Below are positions 48,352 through 62,104 of a DNA stretch of 64,000 bases, piece by piece (position 1 is the stretch's first letter; the number at the start of each line of letters is the position of its first letter). Origin of the DNA: Eledone cirrhosa (lineage: Eukaryota). Under the pieces are notes generated by a model. The model was not told where the DNA came from and ran no database searches. It worked only from the letters and a program-made list of their open reading frames with translations. The position numbers and the translations under genes were made by a program. The stretch is taken from positions 147,002,001 through 147,066,000 of the forward strand of contig OZ024742.1 of assembly GCA_964016885.1 (NCBI GenBank), given 5' to 3'.

Positions 48352-50984
48352 TAGCGTGGAAGATAGACATTAAATGATGATGAAACAATGAGCATATGCA
48401 AATAGTTAATTCTACAGAGAATTTTCTCTGAGTAAAATCTGCTTTTATTCAATTAATTTGAAACCTTCAAGCTATTTATAGGAGAAATAGGCTAACAAAG
48501 GAAGCCTGGGAATGTCACACAAGCAAAAGTAAGTCTTCTAGGACTTCACAATGTCTCTCCTAATAATAATAATAACAATAATGATCCTTTTAAAAGGAAG
48601 CAAGCAGCTGCAGGAATAATAATCAGCAGCAGCACTATCACAGTCAGTTTTTATACCCATTTTCTTTTTACTTTTGAGGTCGAATTCTACTATCTCATGT
48701 CAAACCACTGAGTTGTGGGACCTTTTGTTTAGGAGAGGATGAACACATGTATGTATGTTGCTGGGCTTCCATTAGTTCCAATGATGAGTGTCTCTACTGT
48801 TTGACCAATGGAACAGTCTGCTTGTGAAAGTAACATGTAAGTGGCTGAGCATTCCACAGACAGACATATCTTTAACAAAATTCTCAGAGACTCAGCTTGA
48901 CAGTGTGTGACAAGGCTAGTCTTTTAAATCACAGGTATATCTCATTTATTTCCAGGTAAGTGGACTGGAGCCACATGAAGTAATGTGCCTTACACAAGGA
49001 TCACTGCATCACCAGTAATCAAACTTATGATATATATGTACCATCCAACATGGAAAAACAGATGTAAAATTATTATAATATATCTGTATCTATGATAAGT
49101 TACAGAATCAATGTTTTCCCTGTGTAGGTTTATTTATTCAGCTCTCTAAGACAAGCTACTGTCCCTGTGGGTTATGCTCTACATCTGCCCCTAAAGTGAG
49201 TGTGAGTGTGTGCGTGTGCTTGCATGTGCACATAAATGCTCATACACAAATATAATTTTGTAACTAATAGAGTAACTTTTGCATTTATAATTAAGTGGTA
49301 ACCACTAGTAGGACCAACTATATGAATAGGAATGTAACCTTCAAGAATGAGGTATGGTAGGAAACCTGCTGGATGGAAGCAACCTTTAAAATAAAGGCAG
49401 TGGGAGAGTGGTAGGCATAGCAACTAATTGAGATTTGATATTGTATTAAGCTAAAAGTACTATGATGGGTTTATACAACTTAGCATTTACAAATGTTTGC
49501 TAGTAATGGTAATAGAAATAAATCAACGAAGTACATTATCTATGTTTAGATAAACAAAGTATTAAAAAATTCTAAGAAAATCTATAGATGTTGTCCCCTC
49601 ACACGTATAGATATGTGTATATTCACTAATATAAATAAGCCTCTCTTCCCATACTTAACTTAAAACATCTTACATAAAATTATGATGGAAAATTTTCAAA
49701 TGAATATAAACACTTTAATACAAAGTTTTGTATCATAGAACCAAGGGTTGTTTGGTACCAAAGGGTTAAATACTAGTAGATATGATGATGATCATTTTTA
49801 CACCTGCTTTTTCCATGTTGGTATGGGTTGGCCAAGATAATTTAAGGCAGTTTTTCTACAGCCAAAAGCCCATCCCGTTTCTAAACCCATACTCAGTTAC
49901 TGCTTGCTTTTTAAGCAGTGTTGATGGGCATATTAGGATATATAGAAACTTTCTCTCTCACACTCACACACAAATGACAAGATTCCTTACAGTTTCTGCA
50001 TTGGTTAGTCTAGGGCTATAATCGAAGATATTTGTCTAAGGTGTCACATAGTTGCAGTGAAGTTAAAACCACAAGGAATGTAGAAGCAAGACACAGTTAC
50101 CTTATCATATAGAAGGGCAGTAAATCTGAATAAATGCTAACTTGGCAGCATGGCAGCTCATTTAACCCATGCAAGTATGGAAAATAGATGTTAAACAGTG
50201 ATGATGATGATGATGATGATGAATATATTACTTATCTATTCATTACAATATCTTTACTATGATATATTCAATATATTGTTACCTATTTAATACAATATAT
50301 TTACTGCTATAATATTATCATTGGTAGAAATACTTGCACATATATTTTCACAGTTCTAACAATCTATAAACTAACATGTGCCTACCATCACAGTATTACT
50401 TCTCCCAGGTATATCATATCCATCTTCCTATTACAGCAATACTCTCAATGTTGTCAATATAGATTTCCTTTAAAAACAATAGACTGCCACAGTGCTGCTA
50501 GACTAAATATATTACATTAATCAGTTACACCCCCTTAATGTTCTGGGATCATATCCTGCTGAGGCTAACTTGCCTCTATCCTTTCATAACTCCAGCAGTG
50601 AATGTATGCAAATACATTCTCCAGGACTTCATATTGTATTGAAGATAAACTATTTTAAGGCAAAATTTACTACTACATTCTGGTAACTTTACTACATATA
50701 ATGATTTTATCATTGATTATTAGCTCTAACTCACTCCCCTGTCAGATTTAGCAAATTTCAAATATCCTGGTTTTATTATGATTCATATATATTTCAGCAG
50801 ATTATTTGGAAAGGAATGTTTTTCTTTCTCTTATTATTTCTTTCAAAATGCTTTCCTCCATCCCTCCATGCAAACAGTTAATAGAGATTTCATGTTATTT
50901 GCTGTTGGGAAATATTGATTATGAATATACAAGTCACTAAGGTCAAACAAAAGGTCTTTATATTCTTGAATATTTAACAATGGT

Positions 50985-51410
50985 CATAATATACAGCATA
51001 GAGCCACCTAACAACTAACAACAGGCACAGAAATGTGATGTAAATAGATGTAGAGCTAACAACAATACCATAATATGATGTATATAATAGGTTTAGATCA
51101 TCTAACAACAGCTACAGTAATGTAATGTCTAATAGGAGTAGAGTCACTTAACATCAACAGATTCAGTTGTGTGAGTTATTTAACAACAGATACAGTAATG
51201 TAATGGCTAATAGGTGTAGAGTAACTTAACACCAACAGATACAGTGATGTGAGCTATCTAACAAAACATACATACTGATGTATAATATATATAGAGCTAA
51301 CTAACAACAACAGATAGTGATGTGATGTATATAATAGGTGTAGAGCTATCTAACAACAACAAACATAGTAATGTGATATACTAATAGGTGTAGAGTTAAT
51401 TAACAACATA
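50985..51410. repeat. Degenerate ~45-55-bp tandem repeat in the TSC22 intron
   Basis: Recurrent ATAGGTGTAGAGCTA.CTAACAACA..ATACAGTAATGTGATG units. Confidence 0.75.
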
Positions 51411-52650
51411 TGAAGGCATTTGGCTAGGGTTTTGGACACAATTGTAAGACCATCATATCAATTCCTGGAATAGGCAGCACATTGTGTCCTTGAGCTTTAT
51501 ATCCACTCAGCTGAAAAATTAGTACTAGTAGTAGCTGGGAGTTAGCCACTACAATGGACTAAAGATCAATCTTTTTTATTATAGGATTGAGGTCCCTATC
51601 ATTAAAACACCTGAGAAACCTCTTCTGAAATGCAACTTAGGTTCTCTAAACATACATAGGTGTAAGCTATAACAATATATATATGAAGAGAAATCCCCAA
51701 CTAGATAATGCACAGATGTACAATTATGCAGAACATATAAACAAACTATTTTTAGCAGTAAATATATTGCTAATTGCTCTTCAACAGTCACTTGTTCAAA
51801 CCTCTACTTCTGTCAAACTGAGAAGAACAACAACAACAAACCAATGTTGTGGATGTAATTTTTAACAAAATTAAAATTTAAAAAAACCTTGGTTAACAGA
51901 AATGTTTAATAATGATGAAAGATTTCATTTAACAGCAAAGAACATTGGATAAGAAACAGAAAATCATTAGAAAACATTATTGATAAGAAGCTAAAAAAGA
52001 GAGAATTTCAATTTCTATTGATCTATTCTTTCCATAAATGAGAGAAGTTAAAAATAATGAGAGAACTGAGATAACAGTTTGTTAGTGAGGAAATAGAGGA
52101 AATGATTTAGGAAGCAGCTTTAAATAGCAGAGAAATTAGAAAATTACAGTTCCTACTGATTTGACGAGGATATAAAAACCACTTTGCTAATAGAAAAATG
52201 GAAAACTAAATGTTAATAATACAGGAAATTCTGAAAATTTGACATCTCCATGGTGTTACAAAGCTTCACATTTTTCCGAAATAATTACCTAGTAGATTAA
52301 AGTCTAAAAAACAAAACAAACCAAATACTGTATATACCTATAAGTTACACCTTTATGTTTATAATAATTTAATTTTGTTATTTAGTATTATAAATGCAAT
52401 AGATTAGCAGAATCAGTGGAGCATCAGACAGAATGCCTTTGTGGTATTTGTCCTGGCTCTTTATGTTCTGAATACTAGCAACCTGCCATTTTCTTGGGGT
52501 TGACAAAATGAAATCCCAATTAAGTACTGGGTTGACTTAAATCAATTTTCCCCATCCGATAAAATTGCTGACCTTGTGTCTAAATAAGAAACAACCTCTA
52601 ATATATATACAATATTAGTTGGATGGTCTGATGTCATGTTTAACACCATA

Positions 52651-52859
52651 TCATCATCATCAACATTTAACGTCCGTGTTCCACGCTTGCATGGGTTTGG
52701 ACGGGGGTATTCCCACTTGAGGCAAGAGTGATTGTCTTGCTCGCATAGGACTGTCTGGCAGGTTTTCTACAGTTGGATGCCCTTCCTAACACCAACCACA
52801 TTTACAGTGTGGGTCTGGGAGGTTTTTACCGTGTTGCCTACACGGCCACATTACAGCGT
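52651..52859 (-). mobile_element. ~210-bp 5'-truncated copy of the young RTE 3' end
   Basis: Nearly identical to ~2770-2977 (few mismatches), including the (ATG)n tail. Confidence 0.9.
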
Positions 52860-53946
52860 ATAGAAAGAGAAAGTGTTAACGAGATAGAGAATTAGCATAT
52901 AAGGTTGAAGGAGGAGTATACATACATAACAGAGGGGCAAGCAAAGAATGCTTAACTGAAGAGCTATGCATACATACACATAGAAATACAAGTAGATGTT
53001 ATCTGCTGAGATGACAACAAATACTTAAAGCTGTGTATGAAGTTGTTTTACTTTCACTTTTTCCTTATTCTTCAGGAATAGAATATGCAATACATGAAAA
53101 TATATATTCCTTTTCTCGATTTAATTGCACTCTTTTTTCTCAAACTGATGCTTTCTTTTAATATATTTGTAGTGTTTCAGCAACAGCAATATAATGAATA
53201 ATTTTAGAAACATACAAGTGTAGTATATTCATCTATTCTTATTAATACATTTATATATTCGTACATTTATTATTTACCCTCAGGGACAAATGTAAATTCC
53301 TAAGATTATCTGTCATATGAGGGACAATACTGTAGTTATTTAATATTCCAAGCCCAAAGCAAGATTCAGTAAATAAGTCACATGCAGATTAGTACATCCA
53401 ATTTTTTTTTAGTAAAAATCTGGTTTATCTGCAAGTATATATTTATACATTAAATTTTAAAATCAAGACTAAACCCATGAAATGAATCCATTTTTATTTA
53501 GTAAATTTGAAGCATATTACCAGCTTAAAGTTAGCTACTCAAATGTAGAATCAATAAATTTTACACCCAAAATATGCAGAATTAAAGCAATTCTACCACT
53601 TTTAGTATGTCAATGTTACAGTAACTGTTATTGTTGGCATCAGCTCCATACTGTGCAAACTAAACATATAGATTGATTGATCTACTTCATTTAATAGATG
53701 CAATTAATGGTTTTACAGTCTTGATGCCGTTCCTAGCAGAATTCAACCATGAATTAAAGTATTTCCTTATTCTATACAGTTTCTCTCAGCAACAAATACC
53801 TCCCTCTCTCTCTCAACATAACCAAACAGTTATTCAATCTAGCTTAATCTTATTCAAACACGGTGTATGGATCTTTCCTCTACAGAAAGTATTGAAAAAT
53901 GTCAATTTAGGTTTACTCAGCATCTAGTAGTAATTTATATATAATA

Positions 53947-54730
53947 CTAGCAGCAGTACCCAGCGTTGCTTGGGTAGGTAAAATAATATCTGCTTTGATG
54001 AAAAGGTGTTGATCTTAGCGACTGCTTCTTGATGACTCATCTATCGCAACACACAGGCCATGCGGGGGAGAGTGGTGATGACCTCTACCACTGAGAAACG
54101 CGAGTGACTGATGAAGGGGCATGCTGGGGGAGGGAGGGAGGTAATGACCTCTAACACTAAGCCAAATTTCCTCACGCTATTTGATTGGAAACCGATGAAT
54201 TCTCAAATACACAACTAAAAGCACAGACGATGTCAGTGGCCATCTATAAGATGTGCAATGATAGTTTCTATGGTAGTATACAAGTTGAACCAAATAAATT
54301 GATTTATGTGTGAGGTGGAGCCGAAGTTTCGAATTTGAATGAAATCGGTGAGCTAGAGCCGAAAAGGCGGAAATTTGAGCAAAAAGGTAGTATTTTCAAA
54401 TATTTAAGAGGCTGCCACGCCGTTCCTGAACCAAAGATCCAAAATGTAAAGCCACTTTAAGACATGAAATAATCAGATCAAGCGTAGTGTAAAATTTGAA
54501 CAAAGTAGCTTGATTAATGTGGGAATTTGAGTCTAAAAGTGGTATTTTTTAATATTTAAGCGGCTGCCACGCCGTCCCTGAACAACAAATGCAAAATATA
54601 AAGCCATTACAGGACGTGCAATGATAAATTCTATTTTGCTTTAAAATTTGAACGAAATCGGTGGCAAAATGTGGGGGCTAGAGCCAAAAATCTTATTTTT
54701 CGATACCTAAAAAAAGGTGTTTCCAAAGAC
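53947..54730 (-). mobile_element. Non-autonomous Helitron 3' portion with ~152-160-bp internal repeats
   Basis: Minus strand ends in a hairpin (TACCCAGC gtt GCTTGGGTA on plus, 53957-53976) then CTAG|T; internal GGCTGCCACGCCGT at 54410 and 54562. Confidence 0.7.
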
Positions 54731-54734
54731 AGAA

Positions 54735-55910
54735 TTTCTTTAGATCTTCCATTGATTCAGCTACAAGAACCAGGTCATCAGCATATAGAAGTTCCTTTCA
54801 GCTTCTCTGCATGCTATGTATACCCATTGTCTAATTTTTCTTTTATTTACAAGGTACTGATCTTTGCTGCAACTATTTTTCTAGTCTTTCCACAACTGCC
54901 TCTTGGTTTTAACAGATCTATCTACAGTGTTGACCTGCCAACAGCACACCCTCTGTCAGGCTGGTGCTTTGCTCCAGCCACAAGTACCATTGGTAGCCAG
55001 TAGTAGTTGTCCCATAAGAATTTCCAATTGTCTTCTATGTCATAACTATCTAACTCCTCCTCCCTATTGTCATACAATTATGTAGGTCTTTTCTAAACCT
55101 ATATTTAACAAGGAGCTTCTTTAGCTTCCATATTCTCCTCCAGATTTTCTTGTTTTTTGTTCCGTCTTGTGTTTCTTCTGATGTTACTAATAACTAACAT
55201 GTTGTGTGGTGCATTCTTCACTGGGGAAGGCCTTAGCATTCACAACCATCTACCTATTGCGTTTTCTAACAAGTAAAAGTCAATCTGGTTTGTGTGTTCA
55301 CCTGATTGGTAGGTGATCAGGTGGTTGGCCTGTTTCCTGAAGTTAATATGTGCAAATGGTTTGTTCATCTGCATCACAGTATTCTAGGAACCTTGCTCCC
55401 TCTTTATTTCGCATGCCATAACCATAGCCACTGTGTACTCCAGTGTAGTCATCCTGGTACTATCCAACATTGAAGTCACCAGCCAGAATGATATGGTGTC
55501 TCATCTGTAACCGAAGTTGTCTGTAAAAGTTACTTACAGAATCGGTCAATTTGTTCTTTACTTAGACTTGATTGAGGTGCATAAGTAGAGATAATTGCTG
55601 TAATCTATTACCTATGACTATTCTAAGCTTGATAATTCTGTCACTTAATCTAACAACTTCTATTACCTTATCTATCCACTTCTCAGCAAGTAGAATGCCT
55701 ACTCCACCTACCCTATCATTATTTCCTATCCAAAAAAGCTTATATCTAATACTTCTGTAAGGAGTCTAGCTGAGGCTCTGTTCCATCTTACTTCTTGTAC
55801 ACAGCACATATATATTCTGTCTTCTCTCAATTTTTCTAGATCTGAGTCCCCAGATTAAGTGTGGCAACCTTGATATGTATGGCTTGACAGTAGTGATTAT
55901 GTCATCCACT
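54735..55910 (-). pseudogene. Decayed RTE LINE 5' part: AP-endonuclease region
   Basis: Minus-strand pieces GVGILLAEKWIDKVIEVVRLSDRI, AGDFN, GYGYGMRNKEG, HLITYQSGEHTNQID and CGWSK; the last matches the start of the 3115-5294 ORF. Confidence 0.8.
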
Positions 55911-56309
55911 GATAGATTTTTATACATACATACATATATCATAATTTTTACACTAAATTTTCCATGCTGGCATGGGTTAGATGGTACTTTTTTAGGCAAT
56001 GTTTTGCTGACACTAACCCTTTTAGTCACTACTCACAACAAACAAGGATACAATGTGCCTATTCTAAACCAGATATACTTCCCAATTTAAATATTGAAGT
56101 AACAGAATACAAGTGTTTTAAAACCACTTCCCTGCTAAATCAGGGGTTTGTGTAGCAGGTCTCTTGACAGGCTTCATACTCCTCATGGGGTCCTTTTTGA
56201 GGCAATGTTTTACAACTGGATCCTCTTCTTGATATCAGCTCTTTTCGTCAACACAGAGAAACTGAATATTTTGAACCATATATTTTGAATTTGATTCCTG
56301 CTCCCTAGA

Positions 56310-56930
56310 CTGAGACACTCATCCTCTCAAGGAAGCCTGCGCAGTGTATTCTACATGTGAATGGAGTTTATCTGAAGCCAGTGTTGAAGTTCAAGTATCT
56401 TGAGGCCATGTTCATGAGTGGTAGAAAATTGCAGGAGCTGGTACAGTAATGCACCAGCTTCAGCATTTGTTAAAGCCAAACTTACTATCCTCGATTCGGT
56501 ATTCCTGCCAACCCTTACCTATGGTCATGCATCTTGGGTAATGGGCATAAAAATATCATCGCGAATACAAGTGGCTGAAATAGGGTTCCTCAGAAGGGTC
56601 TTTGGAGTAATTCACTCAATAGAGTGCATAGCTTGGAGATCAAAGAGGCGCTCCTGATAGAAGCACTACTTCTCCAAATTGAGAGATCACAGTTCCGGTA
56701 TTACAGGCATGTGGTTAGAATGTCTCAGAATTGCTGGACAGATTTTACAGGTGAAACCAACCGACACAAGACCCAGGGATAGACCCCAAGCAAGATGGTT
56801 GGATAACATACAAGAGCTCAGCTAGTCTCGCTTGGGGGTCCAGCTAGATCAAATGGAGATGGCTGCTTTTGACAAGACCTGCTAGAAGGAATGTTTCAGG
56901 ATTTTGCCCCACAACTCTTTCAGGAATCTG
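56310..56930 (+). pseudogene. Decayed RTE-clade LINE C-terminal fragment of a different family
   Basis: FKYL, KAKLTILDSVFLPTLTYGHASW, RIQVAEIGFLRRV, HVVRM and RPRDRP..RWLD. Confidence 0.75.
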
Positions 56931-57070
56931 TGGTTGAAAAAGATTCCTGTAGGTCCAATAAATAAGTCATGTGTCAGTTTTTCATTTTGAATTAAGGTTT
57001 TGCTGCTTTTTCATATATTTTTATGGAAAATGGTTCAAGAGTATATAGAATATTTGAAAAGCTTACTTAC

Positions 57071-57116
57071 CATTGCTTGTTCTATTTTATTATCAATGGC
57101 TACCGTGCTTGAACCA
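57071..57116 (-). CDS. TSC22D: TSC22 domain family internal exon (46 bp): TSC-box N-terminal half
   Basis: tttttacAG|T GGT TCA AGC ACG GTA GCC ATT GAT AAT AAA ATA GAA CAA GCA ATG|GTAAGT = GSSTVAIDNKIEQAM. It splices in frame to DLVKSHL at 46712. Confidence 0.96.
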
Positions 57117-57616
57117 CTGTAAAAATAAAGGAAAGAGAGATTTATGTTAGTACCAATACATGTGGTAAACAATTTTACATGGGAAATAAATATTTGACTT
57201 AACAGAAGTAGGTGGAATGAGAAGAGAACTAGATGACAATTAATTAACTCATCAGCAGTAAGTAGATATATTACAGCCTCTACACATGTAATGTCACTAA
57301 ATGGTGAAAATAAATTTTTATACTCTGGTCACGGTGTGTGTGAGTTAGGAACAAAGAGACTAAGTTTTTAGTTAACTGTTATATATTCAAGTATAACAGG
57401 ATGCAAAATGCTATAGCATGCAACAGCACAATTAGAATGGTGGTGGTGATGGTAATGATGATAGTGGCTGTGGTGGTGGTGGTGGTGGTGGTGGTGGTGG
57501 CGGTATGATTTATTTTTCACTGCTCAAAATGATCAATTTTCAAGAGAACTACTCAGTCAAATTGACCCTAGTATATATATACACTATCTACACTAAAATG
57601 TGATATCTTGTAGACC

Positions 57617-57915
57617 CTTTTCAGTCAGGAATAACCATGGATTTGCACTTAGAAAGTTCTCCTTCTAGAGACAAGCCCGGACAAGGTGCTTTTGTGGAAT
57701 CCCAGCAGTCCCCACTCTTCACTGCATCGATATTGTCCAAGAGAAAGAAATGCAAAGGCCAACACAGCTTGGCACCAGTGACGTTGCAACACATTTTTTC
57801 CAGCTGAGTGAACTAGAACACTGTGAAATAAAGTAACTTGCCGAAGGACACAACATACCACCCGATCCCGGAATCGAACTCATAACCTCATGATTGTGAG
57901 CCCAATGCTCTAATA
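57617..57915 (-). mobile_element. tRNA-derived SINE
   Basis: Reverse B-box GGAATCGAAC at 57870; body homologous to 32640-32925. Confidence 0.7.
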
Positions 57916-59094
57916 GGCAAAATCCGTCTTGGAAGAATGTAAAGATCTGAAACTATGAACTGCAAGATTTTTTTTTTTTTTTTTTTTTTCCCTGCCACTT
58001 TTAACCAATTCTAGTGATCCGAACACCACCAACAATTATAAATGTTAATTTATACAAAAAAAAATTAATTAATTAATTAAAAAAAATCAATTTGAAAAGT
58101 GTTTTGCATTTTTTTTTTTTTTATTTAGAAACAACTACAATAGAGCAACAAGTATTTCAACCCTTTTGATACTAAACCAGCCAAAACCCACTCTGGTCCT
58201 GGATCTATGAAACAAAGCCATCCATTTTAATGGGTTCCTATTTAAATTAAGATCTTCCAATATTTTATACAAGAAACATAAGTTAAGTTACTATCTTAAT
58301 AGTGAAATAATACTTTTAGTAAATCCCTAAAAAGTATTAATTTATTAAAATATTGCATTAGAAATATAGTCACAAAAATGCTACAGCCATTTCCCTGTTA
58401 AAGCAATGGTCCACATTTCTAGCTCTATAACAAATTTCTCTTTTTTGCCCTACAGGCTGCATCCCCCTCACCAACCACCTAACTTTCATCTCCATTATTT
58501 TTAATGGTATCTTTTTTGGTCTTCTACTTGCTTCCACATTCATTCCCATCACTCTTCTGACCCTGTCACATTAAGAAATATAATTTTTCCATAAAAAGTG
58601 ACAGAAATTTAGTTGGTTATTCTTATATATTACAAGTTTTTTAAAAGGAGGAGGAGGAGATTAGGTAAATAATCTGTGCAGCAATTATGTAAATTTCTTT
58701 AACCAATTTTCGAAATTAGGGGAAAAAAAGTGTAGTTTAAGTTTTTCTTTTATTAAAGACTTTCAAGATAAATGCCACTGGTACAATATGAGGTGACCTT
58801 TGATGTAAAGGGAGGAATGGCCTACTTAAATTTCAATTGTACCAGTGATTAAATCTTAAGGTGGGAAGAGAGAATATAGTTGAGAAAAAAATCATGTCAC
58901 AGTAAAATATTGTTGTAAACAGCTACTAAACCGATTTATATAAGCTGACCTAGTATTACATATCAGTGTGGAGGATGTCAGTGGTGACAAGATAGGAATA
59001 TGAAACTCAACTTTTACATTTACATATAGTTAACTAAATAAGCACAAAATATTTTGGAGAAGAGGTGGTAGAATAGATTCTTGAAAGAATATCG

Positions 59095-59400
59095 AGGGAT
59101 TTACTAAATCCAATCCACCCTATAAAGTGGTCATATTGGGGTCACAGAAAAAAAAAAACACCCAGTCCACGCCGTATGGCCACAACAAAAAACACCTAGC
59201 CCAACTTATGTGGTCATATTGGTGCCATAACAAAAGCACCCAGTAAATGCTATTATGTAGTTGGTGTTAGTAAGGGCATCTAGCTGTATGAGGAGTGTAT
59301 GAGCAAGATGTGGCCAACCGACCTCCCAGCCTCATAACATGACAGCCCTTCTAACCCACGCAAGCATGGAAAATAGACATTAAATGGTAATGATGACGGA
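59095..59400 (+). mobile_element. RTE-tail / SINE-related repeat with internal subrepeats
   Basis: AAAAGCACCCAGT subrepeats, TTGGTGTTAGTAAGGGCATC and the tail GCAAGCATGGAAAATAGACATTAAATG. Confidence 0.6.
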
Positions 59401-62104
59401 AGCATTCAGGTCAGATCCCCGGTTTGAGGACACCTTCCCTTTTCCCTACTCATGGAACTCTTAAAAAGGGCCTCTCTCTCTCTCTGACTGAACATTAAAA
59501 AAGAAAAAAAATGCATTTAGATGCAGCCATTGTTATATGATTAAGGAGTTGCTTCACAACCACTCAGTTTCAGGTTCACACTATGCAGCACCTTGGGCAG
59601 TGTTTTATAGAATAGCATCCAGTTGACCAATGCCTTGCGAGTGAAACTTGGTAGATGGAAACTGCAGAAACCCGTCATTCATTTATAATAAATAACAGAA
59701 TAAAAGTGTTAAAAAAACTAGTTTTTAAAGAACACTTTATATATATATATATATATTTATAACTATCCAGGAAAAACTTGAACCGTTAAGATCTTGTTCC
59801 TGGATATGTCAATATTTATAAAAGCTTTGTATTTTATCTGATGAGAGCGTACCAAAGTTTTGGTGGGCAAAACCCAGAATAATTAAAGGGCAAACCAAAA
59901 CATTCTCTTATATTTCAACGTCAATCCTGTAGATTAAAGCAACCATACATGAAATGTGAGGGAAAATCTCACAACCAAACAGTATATGAATGAGGATGAC
60001 TACTAAAATATTTCACGCATAAACAAAATAATAGGTCAGTGTGTGTGTGCATACATACACATATATTTAGACAAGTGTAATTGAAATAATTCTGAATGTC
60101 ATCAGGTCAAAACAAATAAAATTACATTTGATTCATACAATTATTGTGATTTTCAGTATCTCCAAATGAGTGATTTTTTTTTTTACCATCATCATCTACT
60201 ACAGAGATTTCACTGTATAAATTATAATTAGTCTGAAAACAACACTGACAATATATCATGTTGTATTATCATTGTCATCAATATCAATATTTCTGAAGAG
60301 AAGTCACAATATAATGTACAATCCACTTATGTTAACTTTATTTCAGACAGTAGAATGTTAAACAAAACAAAAACACGTTAACAGATATTTAGTAAATCAA
60401 TAATTGTGTTATTTTTATTACAGCATATAACATACACAGACACAGACACACACACACATACATACATACATACATACATACATACATACATACATACATA
60501 CACACATTTATTGCATTCTTCCTTTTCGTACTATGTCAAGCCTTAAACTAATATATTTTGTACAGTATTGTTCTCCTTTGTTTTTCCTCATTGACTTCTC
60601 ACATACATATATATATTTCACATTGCCCCGATAGTTTGAGGACTTACCCCTTCTACAGTACAAATGATATCAAAAGCTCTAGTAACAAAACAGAATGATC
60701 TGCTGCTGAGGCTGCCTCTCATTTCTCCACACCAAGATGGGGCAGAGCTATCCTTTCCCCTCTTCTATATCTAAAATTTTTATACCTTAGATTATTGTAC
60801 AAAATAATATTCTTACAAAATTATTATGATTAAATATTTTGAAAGAAAGTTGTTAGAAAAGAAAAATTTATGCTACAGGTGAAATGATATTTATTCTATA
60901 TGACTAAATCTTATTATCCATTGTTAAAATTAACCTTTTGGATACTAAAGAACCTGAAACTGCACCTGGTTCTACAATACAAAGTTGTTTGATTTATAGT
61001 GTTTATCTAAGAACCTTCCTTCATAATCTTTTGTAAGAATCGTTATGCTTGAAACAACAGCTTGATAATAAGAAAGTTATATTATTAAGTATCTGCAAAT
61101 TCTTGATTATTTAAAAATAATTTGAAAATCATAGGCAATGTGTTTCATTATGAAATATGATAAGAAAATGGTTAAAATATACTTCTAAATTGATAATCGA
61201 AGCTGTTTTAATAGCCACCAACTTTGAGAAAGATTTACTTGAAAGGTATATATTAATGGCATATAAAATATCAACAGTAAATGATATAGAAATGTTATCT
61301 CTAGCTATAATAAAAAAAAAAAAAACCATCTGGTCTAAGCAATGACAACTGTCTCAAAATAACAGAATCTGTGGAATGAATTCTCATAATTCTAGGTAAA
61401 ATGTAAAATGACAAAATAAGAAAAAAAAGAAATAGTCAAAATAATCAAGATTCTCTAGTGACAAAACCAAAACAAATTAAACAGTCGGAAATACCATTCA
61501 ATGTGGTGATTGTTCTATAACAATTAGGACACTTTAATTGGTCCTCAACAGTTGGTTCGTCAACTAATTAACAATTGAAAAACACTTTACAGCTTTTCAT
61601 AAAGAACCTTATAAATGGAGCAGAACAAACCCTTACATCAGTTTATATATATATATATAGAGTGTTCCAAAAAATGTAATCACATATTTATTAGAATGCT
61701 GTTGAAACGTGTATACATTTTTGGCAGGGGGGGGGGGGGGTAGTTGCTAGGTTGTTTATCAACAAGAAATATTTATGTAACTCTTATGGATAAATAGATT
61801 TAAGCAAGTAAGAGCACACCACATCAGTTGTATCCATCCAACTTACAGGTGGTGAGCAAACAAGAGTTATCATGTATAGAATAAATGTTAAGACAGAAGT
61901 TACATATGATTAGGTAACTTCTGTCTTAACATTTATTAGAGAGAGGAGGTGTAGGTGTAGCTGTGCAGTTAAGAAGTTTGCCTCAGAACCATGTGGTTCT
62001 GGGTTCAATCACACTGCCTGGCACCTTGGACAAGTGTCTTCTACTATAGCCCTGGGTTAATATATACAAGACTGTGCACAGACTGAAGCATACATCTAGT
62101 ATGC

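Noticed and set aside
59760-59850. Inverted TATCCAGGAA/TTCCTGGATA pair with nearby CTGATGA
   Set aside because: No correctly placed GAAA core or stems; too short to call an element.
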